Shown: in pieces, positions 1-8,289 of the stretch | How the letters are laid out: each line of letters starts with the position of its first letter | Numbering within the stretch: position 1 is the stretch's first letter | NCBI GenBank assembly: GCA_050012475.1 | Contig: JBEKHC010000026.1 | Span: 1-53,334 of the forward strand | Direction: 5' to 3' | Source: Candidatus Velthaea sp. | GTDB taxonomy: Bacteria > Vulcanimicrobiota > Vulcanimicrobiia > Vulcanimicrobiales > Vulcanimicrobiaceae | Length of the DNA stretch: 53,334 nt | Program-made: the position numbers and the translations under genes | The notes under the pieces: generated by a model | Told to the model about the DNA's origin: nothing | Seen by the model: the letters and a program-made list of their open reading frames with translations, nothing else | Databases searched by the model: none

Positions 1-126
1 GCGTTGCCCGAACTGGGTGGATTCCCGCACTTCGACGACAACGATGCACCGATCTATCCCGAGCCGCCGGTGCCGAATAACGAGTACGAGGACGGCGGCG
101 GACCGCCGATCCGGCTGCCGCCCTAA
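1..126 (+). CDS. 3' end of an unidentified protein (partial)
   Basis: Frame 1 is open from the window edge (ALPELGGFPHFDDNDAPIYPEPPVPNNEYEDGGGPPIRLPP*) and its TAA overlaps the convergent antiporter stop. Confidence 0.5.
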   Translation, partial: ALPELGGFPHFDDNDAPIYPEPPVPNNEYEDGGGPPIRLPP

Positions 127-1319
127 AGCGGGCGGCTTTGCCCATCGAGGTGCAAGCGCTTGAGAAACGGTTCGATCGTTGCGCCTTGCAAAACGAGCGT
201 CGCGAGGACGATCGCGAAGGTGGCGTCGACGACTTCGCGGCGATACGGAAATTGGGCCGGCAAGCCGAGCGCCAGCGCCAGCGACAATGCGCCGCGCATG
301 CCCGCGAAAAACGCCGTCGCGCGCCAGCCGGCGGCCAGCGGTGCGGTCGCAAGCAGCGGCAGAAAACCGAATGCCAGCAACGCGCGCGAAAGGAACACGA
401 CCGCGATCGCGCACGCGACCAGCAGCGGTTCGTGCAAGAGCCGCGGCAATTGCAGCACCAACCCCGTCGCCAAGAAAACGACCGCGTTGGCGACAAACGC
501 GATCACTTCCCAAAAACGGTCGATGTCTTCGGGCGCCTGCGCGGTGAGCACGAAGTGCCGCATCGCGCGCAGCGTAATGCCGGCCGCGGCAGCAGCGAAG
601 ACGCCGGAAAACTGCAGCGAACTCGCGACGCCGTACGCGCTGAAAGCCAGCACGATCGTGGCCGTCAGCTCGACCGACCGCTCGCGCGCGCCGCGAATCG
701 CCAGCCCGATCACTGCGGCTGCCGCGATGCCGACGCTCGTGCCGCCGATCACGCCGAGCGCGGCCGCCCAGCCCAGCGTCCAAAGATCGGACGCCGGAGG
801 CGTCGCCGCCAACGCCAGCGCGATGCCGTAGAGCGCGATGGCAACGCCGTCGTTGGCGATCGACTCGCCCTCGACGAGCGTCACCAGATCGAGCGGAACG
901 TTCAAACGCCGGAAGATCGCAATCACGCCGACGGGATCCGTGGCGGAAACGATCGCGCCGAACATGAACGCCGCGATCGGCGGCAGCTGGCCGCCCGCGG
1001 AAAGTCCGAGCGCGATGACCCCGGTCGTCAGCAGCACTCCGGGGACCGCCAGGATCGCAATCGACCAGGCCATTCGCCGCAGAGCGCCCGGATCGAGATT
1101 CCACGCTGCCTCGAAGATCAGCGGCGGCAGAAAAATGAACAGCAGCGCCGGTCCGAACGTGAACGGCAGATCGATCGGTGCGCTGCTCGAAACGATCGCC
1201 CCGAAGCCGACGAGCGCGACTGCGGCCGGGAGGTGAATGCGCTCGGCGACGATCGCAACGAGGACGGCGGCGCCGAGCAGTTCGACGAACGCGGTCGTTC
1301 CCAGCGCGATTTCGTTGAC
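123..1319 (-). CDS. CPA1-family Na+/H+ antiporter (start codon non-canonical or uncertain)
   Basis: FGAIVSATDPVGV, LVEGESIANDG and GMRGALSLALAL motifs. The frame stays open and hydrophobic upstream of the listed ATG at 1073, including FLPPLIFEAA. Confidence 0.9.
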   Translation of the reverse strand, partial: VNEIALGTTAFVELLGAAVLVAIVAERIHLPAAVALVGFGAIVSSSAPIDLPFTFGPALLFIFLPPLIFEAAWNLDPGALRRMAWSIAILAVPGVLLTTGVIALGLSAGGQLPPIAAFMFGAIVSATDPVGVIAIFRRLNVPLDLVTLVEGESIANDGVAIALYGIALALAATPPASDLWTLGWAAALGVIGGTSVGIAAAAVIGLAIRGARERSVELTATIVLAFSAYGVASSLQFSGVFAAAAAGITLRAMRHFVLTAQAPEDIDRFWEVIAFVANAVVFLATGLVLQLPRLLHEPLLVACAIAVVFLSRALLAFGFLPLLATAPLAAGWRATAFFAGMRGALSLALALGLPAQFPYRREVVDATFAIVLATLVLQGATIEPFLKRLHLDGQSRPL

Positions 1320-1357
1320 GGCGGCCGTCCTATCGTTGCAGAAACGTGCGCCGCAAA

Positions 1358-1696
1358 TTAGGCAGCGCGACGCTTCGCGTCGTCGCTGCTACCCGACCGC
1401 GCTTTGCCGCCCTCGAGCACCTTGAGTTCGCGTACCGGAATACCCCCGCGGGGCGGCTTTTCGGGCGGATCGCCCGAAATGAGATAGGTGTGGATGCAGC
1501 CGGCCGCGCCGCACAACGCGACGATTCCGTAAATGCCGAAGAAATACGTTTCCGGAGATATGTGCCGGTGATGCGCCGCCGCCAACAGCGGCAACGCGAT
1601 CGAACAGGCAATGCCAAGAACCCCGGCAGCGCTCGCAACCGCAGCCATGAGCAAGAAATTCCGGTCGCGCGGCCTTCGCCTTAGCATGAGCCGCAT
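1358..1696 (-). CDS. small two-TM membrane protein, paralogue B
   Basis: C-terminal 112 aa of ORF 1358..2035; two hydrophobic helices; clearly paralogous to 2447..2773. Confidence 0.8.
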   Translation of the reverse strand: MRLMLRRRPRDRNFLLMAAVASAAGVLGIACSIALPLLAAAHHRHISPETYFFGIYGIVALCGAAGCIHTYLISGDPPEKPPRGGIPVRELKVLEGGKARSGSSDDAKRRAA

Positions 1697-1736
1697 GCCA
1701 TTCGGCGACGAGCGCGCGACATCCGCGCAAGCGGCC

Positions 1737-2450
1737 TCAAATCGAAGCCGGCAGCAACTGCGGGAGCACGTCCGACGCGCGCGCGCGAATCGATGCATCG
1801 ACGTCTTCCGAGAGCGCCGTGCGTTCGGGATTGATCTCGACCACATAGGCCTGCGGAGCATAGCGCGTTGCCAGCGACGCCGCCGGATGGACCATCCCCG
1901 ACGTGCCGACGACGAGCAGCACGTCGGCGCGTCCGACCGCCTCGACCGCACGCTGCCAAGCGTGCGGCGGGAGCGGTTCGCCGAACCAGACGATATCGGG
2001 CCGCCAGCGGCCGCCGCACCCGTGCTCGATGGCATCGAGCGGCAGCGGCCCGTCGAGCGGGCGGCGTTGCGCGCATCCGGTGCAGCGCGCTTCGCGCAAT
2101 TGGCCGTGCAATTCGATCACGTTGCGCGATCCGGCGCGGACGTGCAGCGAGTCGACGTTCTGCGTGGCCAACGTGAAATCGGCATGCCGCGTTTCGAGCT
2201 CTGCCAGCGCCCGATGGGCCGCCGACGGTTGCGCGGCGCGGTGCGCAGCGGCGCGTTCGTTGTACCAGCTCCACACCAATTGCGGGTCGTTCGCAAACCC
2301 TTGCGGCGACGCCAGCTCCTCGACCCGGTGCGTGCGCCAGAGCCCGCCCGCTCCGCGGAACGTGGGCAGTCCGCTTTCCGCCGAGATGCCCGACCCCGTG
2401 AGCACGCACAACGAAGTCGCCCGCGCGACGCGCACGCGCAGTTCGTTCAC
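1737..2450 (-). CDS. cobB: NAD-dependent protein deacylase (class III sirtuin)
   Basis: GSGISAESGLPTFRG, TQNVDSLH, ELHG, RPDIVWFGE, VGTSG and EINPE motifs; WYNER carries the Y-x-x-R pair typical of desuccinylases. Confidence 0.95.
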   Translation of the reverse strand: MNELRVRVARATSLCVLTGSGISAESGLPTFRGAGGLWRTHRVEELASPQGFANDPQLVWSWYNERAAAHRAAQPSAAHRALAELETRHADFTLATQNVDSLHVRAGSRNVIELHGQLREARCTGCAQRRPLDGPLPLDAIEHGCGGRWRPDIVWFGEPLPPHAWQRAVEAVGRADVLLVVGTSGMVHPAASLATRYAPQAYVVEINPERTALSEDVDASIRARASDVLPQLLPASI

Positions 2451-2773
2451 GCCGCTCGCCGGTTCGCAGCGTCGCTTTCCGTAGCAGGTTTGCCGCCCTC
2501 GAGCACGTGCAGCTCGCGCAGGGGGACGCCTCCTTTGGGCGGTTTCCCGGACGGATCACCCGAGATGAAATAGGTGTGGATGCAGCCTGCCGCTCCGCAC
2601 AGCGCGACGAACCCCCAAAGGCCGAAGAAGAAAAACTCGGGCGTGACCGGCCGATGATGCAGCCAACCATCGAGCGGGAGGAAGATCGCGCAGCCGACCG
2701 CGAGCAATCCGCCCGCGGCCGCGAGGGCGGCGATGTGCAGAAAGCTTTGGTCGCGCGGCCGCCGTTGCTTCAT
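2447..2773 (-). CDS. small two-TM membrane protein, paralogue A
   Basis: Starts MKQRRPRDQSFL; two TM helices; stop overlaps the cobB start (GTGA); alternative GTG start at 2806. Confidence 0.8.
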   Translation of the reverse strand: MKQRRPRDQSFLHIAALAAAGGLLAVGCAIFLPLDGWLHHRPVTPEFFFFGLWGFVALCGAAGCIHTYFISGDPSGKPPKGGVPLRELHVLEGGKPATESDAANRRAA

Positions 2774-2844
2774 GCGCGCTTTACCATTGGGCCGTTCCGA
2801 GGTCACATCCGGGCGGCTTCGGGCTACGTTGAACGTCCGAGGGC

Positions 2845-3408
2845 TTGAGCCGACCGGCGCGAACCTCGCCGACTGTGGAAGATGGGAATCGTCTCATGGA
2901 GCGAGTCCGCGCACGGGACCCCGTCGCGTTCGAACACATTTATGACGCATACCACCGTCTGGTGTTCGGTATCGCACTGCGGATGCTCACGGACCCGACG
3001 ATGGCCGAAGATTTGACCCAATCCGTCTTTCTCAAGATCTGGACCTCACCCGACTCCTTTCGCGAAGGGAATTTAGGGGCTTGGCTATCCCGCGTCACGC
3101 GCAATCGGGCACTCGATGTTCTGCGGAGTCGAGCAGCCCACATGCCGGCCGAGATTCCCGCCGACATTCCCAGCGAAGGCAATCTGGACGACGTCGTGTT
3201 CGCGAAAATCGATTCGCAGCGGGTCCGCGCGGCGCTTGCGACGCTGCCGGACGAGCAGCGCTCGCTCATTGAAATGGGCTTTTTCGGCGGCATTACCCAC
3301 GAAGAGATCGCGCGCCGCACGAGCATTCCGCTCGGCACGGTCAAGACGCGCATCCGGTCCGGGCTGCGCCGTCTCCGCAGCACGCTGCAAAGCGCGGTTT
3401 CGCGATGA
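2845..3408 (+). CDS. ECF RNA polymerase sigma factor (SigK-like)
   Basis: Region 2 AEDLTQSVFLKIW...AWLSRVTRNRALD; region 4 THEEIARRTSIPLGTVKTRIRSGL. Confidence 0.95.
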   Translation: MSRPARTSPTVEDGNRLMERVRARDPVAFEHIYDAYHRLVFGIALRMLTDPTMAEDLTQSVFLKIWTSPDSFREGNLGAWLSRVTRNRALDVLRSRAAHMPAEIPADIPSEGNLDDVVFAKIDSQRVRAALATLPDEQRSLIEMGFFGGITHEEIARRTSIPLGTVKTRIRSGLRRLRSTLQSAVSR

Positions 3409-4244
3409 ACGATACGCCCGATCGCGAAACCATGCTCGACCTCGTCGCTGCGTATGCGCTGGGCGTGCTGCCGCGCAGCGAGCAAGCGTTGGTTACCGCG
3501 TACATCCTTGCCGACTCGCAAGCGCGCGCCGAATACGAAGCGCTGCGTCCGGTTGCCGATCTCGTCGGTCTGGCGGCCGATGAGCCGGTCGACTCGGCGC
3601 GCACCGCGCGCATGAAACAGCGTTTGCTCGCCACGGTGAACGCGCCGGCGGCGGCTGCCGCGGCGCGCCCAGACATGGCACGCCCCGATGTGCCGCGCCC
3701 CGGTACGGCGCGGTTCGCCCCGGTGCGGCGCAACGGCAGCGAACGCTCGAGCTGGTTCATCGGCGCCGGACTCGCCGCCGCCGCCGCCGTGGTCTTCGCG
3801 CTGGTCAGCACCATTCAAAACTTCTCACTGCGCAGCGATCTCGCCAATGCAAACTCGCGCGCCGCCAGCCTGCAAGCCCAGATCGCCCAAAACGAGCGCG
3901 TGCGCATCCGCGACCGCGAGATGGTCGGCGATCTTATCGCGACCGATGCCCAGCGCTTTGCGGTACCTCAAGGTGAAGTCATCAAGCGCGGCTCGCACGT
4001 CTATTTGACCTTGCACTCGCTGCCGGCGTTGCCGCACGGGAAAGTTTTTCAGGCCTGGACGATCGCCAAGGGCGGCAAGACGTTAGCTCCGAGCATCGTG
4101 TTCACGCCCAGTCCGGCGGGCAATGCCGTCGTCGCGCTGCCGGAGAACGCCGAAAACCTCGCCGTCGTAGCGCTGAGCATCGAACCCGAGGGCGGAAGCA
4201 AAGCGCCGACATCCAAGGCACTGTTCGTCCGGCCGTTAACGTAG
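3405..4244 (+). CDS. anti-sigma factor, RskA family
   Basis: N-terminal AAYALGVL, one TM helix, C-terminal GKVFQAW...ALSIEPEGGSKAPT; ATGA-coupled to the sigma gene. Confidence 0.9.
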   Translation: MNDTPDRETMLDLVAAYALGVLPRSEQALVTAYILADSQARAEYEALRPVADLVGLAADEPVDSARTARMKQRLLATVNAPAAAAAARPDMARPDVPRPGTARFAPVRRNGSERSSWFIGAGLAAAAAVVFALVSTIQNFSLRSDLANANSRAASLQAQIAQNERVRIRDREMVGDLIATDAQRFAVPQGEVIKRGSHVYLTLHSLPALPHGKVFQAWTIAKGGKTLAPSIVFTPSPAGNAVVALPENAENLAVVALSIEPEGGSKAPTSKALFVRPLT

Positions 4245-4304
4245 CGGCATGCCCTTGGGGCACGCCGTCGCGGTCCGGAGGACGGGGGATTTCTGCTCGA
4301 GCCG

Positions 4305-5111
4305 TTGACCCGATCGACCCGCCGCGAAGCCGTCGCATTCGTCGCCCGGCGCCCGTATGAGAATACGTTCATTCACTGGGTGCTCGAGGGCGGGCACGGT
4401 CCGATGGCGGCCGATGAAATCGTGCTCCACCGCAACGCCGGCGGCGCAATCACCGGCGCGATCTATTTCGGCACCCAGCTCGTCGTCGCTGCGGACACCG
4501 ACGAGGCGATCGACGCCTTCGCGATCGAGACACGACGGCACCCCGGGATGCGCAGCTTCGTCGGCCCCAAGATCCGGATCGAGCGCTTATGGCAACGCGT
4601 GCGGTCATGGCATCGGCCGCCGGTCTTCGTCCGCGCGCGCCAGCCGATTTATATCGTTCGCCCCGAGCTGCTCGTTCCGACCCCGCCGCTCGACGTTCGC
4701 CCGGCAACCCTGGCAGAAGCCGAGATCGTGATCGAGAATTCCGCCGAGATGATGATCGGCGAACTGGGATACGATCCGCGCGCGAATCGCGTCAGCTTCG
4801 GCGCTGGCATCCGCCGGGCGATCGGCTTAGCTCAGTGGTGGGTGCACGTCGACGACGGCCGGCTGAAGTTCCAGCTCAACGTGGGCCCGCGCTCCGAAGC
4901 GACCGCGCAGCTGCAAGGCGTTTGGACGCCCCCGCCGTTTCGCAAGCGCGGATACGCCTTCAATGCGCTGGGCCAGATCGCTGCGCGCCTGTTGGCCGTC
5001 AACCCGACCCTCTCGCTTTACGTGAACGATTTCAACGGCGACGCGATCGCCTTATACGAGCGGCTCGGCTTCGTCTGCGTAGGCGAAATGTCGACGCTGC
5101 TCTTTACATGA
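4305..5111 (+). CDS. GNAT acetyltransferase (DUF4081-like N-terminus)
   Basis: QLQGVWTPPPFRKRGYA and LYVNDFNGDAIALYERLGF; possible upstream CTG start at 4293. Confidence 0.85.
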   Translation: MTRSTRREAVAFVARRPYENTFIHWVLEGGHGPMAADEIVLHRNAGGAITGAIYFGTQLVVAADTDEAIDAFAIETRRHPGMRSFVGPKIRIERLWQRVRSWHRPPVFVRARQPIYIVRPELLVPTPPLDVRPATLAEAEIVIENSAEMMIGELGYDPRANRVSFGAGIRRAIGLAQWWVHVDDGRLKFQLNVGPRSEATAQLQGVWTPPPFRKRGYAFNALGQIAARLLAVNPTLSLYVNDFNGDAIALYERLGFVCVGEMSTLLFT

Positions 5112-6199
5112 CGGCAACCCGCGGCTACCTGTTCGACGGGCTCATCATCGGCGTCGCCGCCGCGCTGCAGTGGGCACCGCTGCCGGCGGACTGGATCGAA
5201 AACGGTTACGCCAACGGCATCTATCCGCTGCTCGCCCGAACCTTCGTTCCGCTCGCGAACGCCGTGCCGTTCACCATCGGCGACCTCATCTTCTGCGCCA
5301 TCGTGCTGGGGGTAATCGCGTCCTGGGTCATCGGCTGGCGCCGCTTGCGCGGCTCGCCCGCCGCTCGCGTGTGGCGGTTGACGATGCGAACCGCGGCGGT
5401 CGCCGCGGCGATCGTGATTTGGTTCGACGCTGCGTGGGCGTTCAATTACCGGCGCGCTCCGATCGTCAAGCGCGTCGCGTTCGACCCGGCTCGTCTCACG
5501 GCGCGCAACGTCTCGGCGTTCAGCGCCCGGATCGTCAGCGCGCTCAACGCCACCGCGACGCCGGCGCACGCCGAACAGCTGACCGAGGCGCAAATGCAGA
5601 CCGCGCTCGCCGAGGCCGAAGCGCCGGTCCTCCGCCGCCTCGGCGATCGCAGCAGCATCTCCGTCTCGCGGCCCAAGCGGACGATCTTTGACCCCTGGTT
5701 CGAGCTGGCAGGCATCGGCGGCCAGTGGGATCCGTTCGCCTATGAGACGCTGCTCAACGCCGAATTCTTGCCCTTCGAGCGCCCCTTTGCGCTCGCTCAC
5801 GAATGGGGGCACGTCGCGGGCTTCGGCGACGAAAGCGACGCCAACCTCATCGCGGCGCTCACCACTCTGCGCTCGAAGGATGCGTTCATCCGCTATTCCG
5901 GCTTGTTTTGGGCGTACGGCTTCCTGCCCGAGCACGACCGGCGCGCGCTGCCGCTCTCGCCGCTGGTGCGGGCCGACCTTGCCGCGGCGCGCCGGCGCTT
6001 TCTGCGATCCTACAATCCCCGGCTATCGGCCGCGCAATGGTTCGTTTACGACAAATACTTGCGCGTCAACGGTGTGCGCGCCGGCGTCGTCAGTTATTCG
6101 CTGTTCATCCAAGTGCTGGTGGGAACGCCTCTCGACGGTGCCGGTCTGCCCGTCGCCCGCCCGCTCGGCTCGTCCAAACGGACGGCAACCGCGAACTGA
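5108..6199 (+). CDS. DUF3810-like membrane zinc-peptidase-type protein
   Basis: ATG overlaps the GNAT stop; IENGYANGIYP, PFTIGD, WAFNYRR and HEWGHVAGFGDESDAN (HExxH...E). Confidence 0.85.
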   Translation: MTATRGYLFDGLIIGVAAALQWAPLPADWIENGYANGIYPLLARTFVPLANAVPFTIGDLIFCAIVLGVIASWVIGWRRLRGSPAARVWRLTMRTAAVAAAIVIWFDAAWAFNYRRAPIVKRVAFDPARLTARNVSAFSARIVSALNATATPAHAEQLTEAQMQTALAEAEAPVLRRLGDRSSISVSRPKRTIFDPWFELAGIGGQWDPFAYETLLNAEFLPFERPFALAHEWGHVAGFGDESDANLIAALTTLRSKDAFIRYSGLFWAYGFLPEHDRRALPLSPLVRADLAAARRRFLRSYNPRLSAAQWFVYDKYLRVNGVRAGVVSYSLFIQVLVGTPLDGAGLPVARPLGSSKRTATAN

Positions 6200-6331
6200 G
6201 CCGCTCCCCGGCTGGCCCTCGACTCGAACGCCGACTCCCCAGCTTGCCCTCGATTCGAGCGCCGCACTCCCCAGCTGGCCCTACACTCGAACGCCGCACT
6301 TCCTGGCTTGCCATCACCTCGAACGTCGCAC
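6200..6331. repeat. degenerate tandem repeat, four units of 30-32 bp plus a partial unit
   Basis: Units gccgctccccggctggccctcgactcgaac / gccgactccccagcttgccctcgattcgagc / gccgcactccccagctggccctacactcgaac / gccgcacttcctggcttgccatcacctcgaac / gtcgcac. Confidence 0.9.
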
Positions 6332-6361
6332 GAATGCGTGCTCAGAAACCGGCGGCGCGCG

Positions 6362-6393
6362 CGGGCGGCGACGCGGGATGGGGTCGCTGCCCG
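6362..6393. other. GC-rich stem-loop
   Basis: cgggcggcgac pairs with gtcgctgcccg (11 bp, one G-U pair); no U tract. Confidence 0.55.
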
Positions 6394-6578
6394 TCGGTGA
6401 TCTGAAGTGGATGGCTTGACCAACTGTTTCGACCGGTCCAATTTTAGCGCACGTGCCGCCACGAACGGCCGAATGTGGGCCCGGAACGCGCGCCGCGCGC
6501 CTTCGCCGAAGCGGGATCTTGACCCGGCCCGAACCCTTACGTGGGGGTTAAATTAGGCCGACCTTTAATACATAGGGC

Positions 6579-6758
6579 ATGAGTGAAAAAAAAGTATCGG
6601 CATTAGCTGCCAAAGCTGCTGAAAAAGCCCGCAAAGAACGCGAAAGCGAACGGCTGGGAACGGCCGCAATCGCCGAATCCGCCAAGATTCGGGCTCGATT
6701 CGACGACGAACGCCAGGCCCTCGCCCGCCGCTACGGCGTCATCACCGGACTGAGCTAG
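6579..6758 (+). CDS. small 59-aa helical protein (not in the ORF track)
   Basis: ATG...TAG: MSEKKVSALAAKAAEKARKERESERLGTAAIAESAKIRARFDDERQALARRYGVITGLS; AT-rich promoter-like region upstream; convergent with DUF2252. Confidence 0.65.
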   Translation: MSEKKVSALAAKAAEKARKERESERLGTAAIAESAKIRARFDDERQALARRYGVITGLS

Positions 6759-8160
6759 ACCGCACCCCCGGGCTCGGCGGCTCCGCCGAGGCCCGAGGCG
6801 GGAGCGGAATTTTCCCGGCGTCCGCCGCCGCGTGAAACGACGCGTAATCCTGTTCGACCTGGTCGGCGTAGAGCACCGCAAACCGGACGAGCGCCTTGTC
6901 GAACGTATCGGCCTTCCCCAGATAGCCAGCAATCTGCGCCGCGTCGCCGGAGCGGGCATGGGCCCGGGCTAAAGTCCAGCCGCACATGTGCGCGTACTCG
7001 CGCAGGCCGAAGCCGTCGAGCGCCGCGATGTTCAGCGCACCCTTCTTGTCGCTGAACTGGCGGACGTAAAAATCGTGCGTCCCCGACGTTCCCCAACCTA
7101 GCAGAGCGTCGCTGGCGCGCTGCATGAGCCGCTGGCCTCGCACCACGCGTTCGCCGTGATTGGCGAAGGCGCTCGGCTCGGTAAAGCGCTCGAGAACCGA
7201 GGCCGACGCTTGTTTGATCTGCAGGATCAGCGCATCGTCGATATCGGCCTGCATCAGCGCGACCGAACAGCGGGTCCCGATGCTCCCGACACCGGCGACC
7301 TTGACCGCGTGATCCACCAAATGGTAGCGGTCGAAAAGCACGCGCACCTCGGGCGCCAGATGCTCCGCGTACGATTCGAGGAGGCCTTCGATCGCGAACT
7401 CGCTGCCCGCGTCACCGGCCGGGTGAAAGAGCAGCGGCGGCTCGTCGCGAAACCGGCGGATCGCACCCGCCGTCACGGTAATCTTCTCGAGCGCCGCCCG
7501 CATCGAGTGCGCGTTGGCGCTGTCGGCGATCTGCCTGAGGTGCCGGCGCGAATCCGGATTCGCGTCGAGCACGACGCTGGCGGCGTCGATCCGCGCGTAC
7601 CAGATGTCCAGCGCGGTCGCGGCCGCAAACTCCAGCATCCTGAGCCGGTACGAGCGCGCTGCGGCGATGACCGCGATGGTCGCGTTCGCCTCTTTGAGCT
7701 TGATCGAACGCGCCGCCAGCACGAGACTCACCGCCAGCCGCTTGAGGTCCCACTCCCACGGCCCCGGCGCCGTCTCATCGAAGTCGGTGACGTCGAAGAT
7801 CAAGCGCCGTTCCGCCGTCGCAAACGCGCCAAAGTTCAAGCAATGGGCATCGCCGCAAAGCTGCACCGGCAGCCCGGTCGCGGGCGTGCGCGCCAGATCC
7901 GCCGCCATGATATCCGCGCCGCCGCGAAAGAACGCGAACGGCGATTCGGCCATCTTCGCATTGCGCAGCGGCACCAGCGCACTCACCCGTCCGTTGCACG
8001 TACCCGCGAGGATCGCGAGCGGATCCGCCCGGTCCTTGGGCGCGGTCCAGGCCGAGTGGCTCGAACGGGGCACGCGTTCCCGCAGCGCGCGGCCGGCAGC
8101 CAGACGCTGCGCCGCGCTGGGGCCGATGTCGACGAGTGGTGCCGCCGCGCTAGTGTTCAT
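6742..8160 (-). CDS. DUF2252 family protein
   Basis: MAESPFAFFRG, QLCGDAHCLNFG, FDVTDFDETAPGPWEWDLKRL, KVAGVGSIGTR, LARAHARSGD. Confidence 0.93.
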   Translation of the reverse strand: MNTSAAAPLVDIGPSAAQRLAAGRALRERVPRSSHSAWTAPKDRADPLAILAGTCNGRVSALVPLRNAKMAESPFAFFRGGADIMAADLARTPATGLPVQLCGDAHCLNFGAFATAERRLIFDVTDFDETAPGPWEWDLKRLAVSLVLAARSIKLKEANATIAVIAAARSYRLRMLEFAAATALDIWYARIDAASVVLDANPDSRRHLRQIADSANAHSMRAALEKITVTAGAIRRFRDEPPLLFHPAGDAGSEFAIEGLLESYAEHLAPEVRVLFDRYHLVDHAVKVAGVGSIGTRCSVALMQADIDDALILQIKQASASVLERFTEPSAFANHGERVVRGQRLMQRASDALLGWGTSGTHDFYVRQFSDKKGALNIAALDGFGLREYAHMCGWTLARAHARSGDAAQIAGYLGKADTFDKALVRFAVLYADQVEQDYASFHAAADAGKIPLPPRASAEPPSPGVRSSSVR

Positions 8161-8289
8161 CGTCTTGCGGTTATCGCTGCTGGTTCGTCGCTGCCTCTTT
8201 CCCGGCGCGTTCTCGCGATCGGGTCCGCGCTTCGCCCAGCGCGCGGCGCGCATCGGAATGCTACGCGATACATGCTCCCACCCCCGCCG

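Noticed and set aside
1358..2773. Paralogue pair as direct repeats flanking a mobile cobB cassette
   Set aside because: Similarity is mainly at protein level with substantial DNA divergence, and there is no recombinase or transposase; an old duplication is more likely.
4245..4270. Hairpin after rskA as an intrinsic terminator
   Set aside because: Imperfect stem with no U tract; function not supportable.
6200..6331. CRISPR array
   Set aside because: Units are contiguous with no unique spacers, and no cas genes are in the window.
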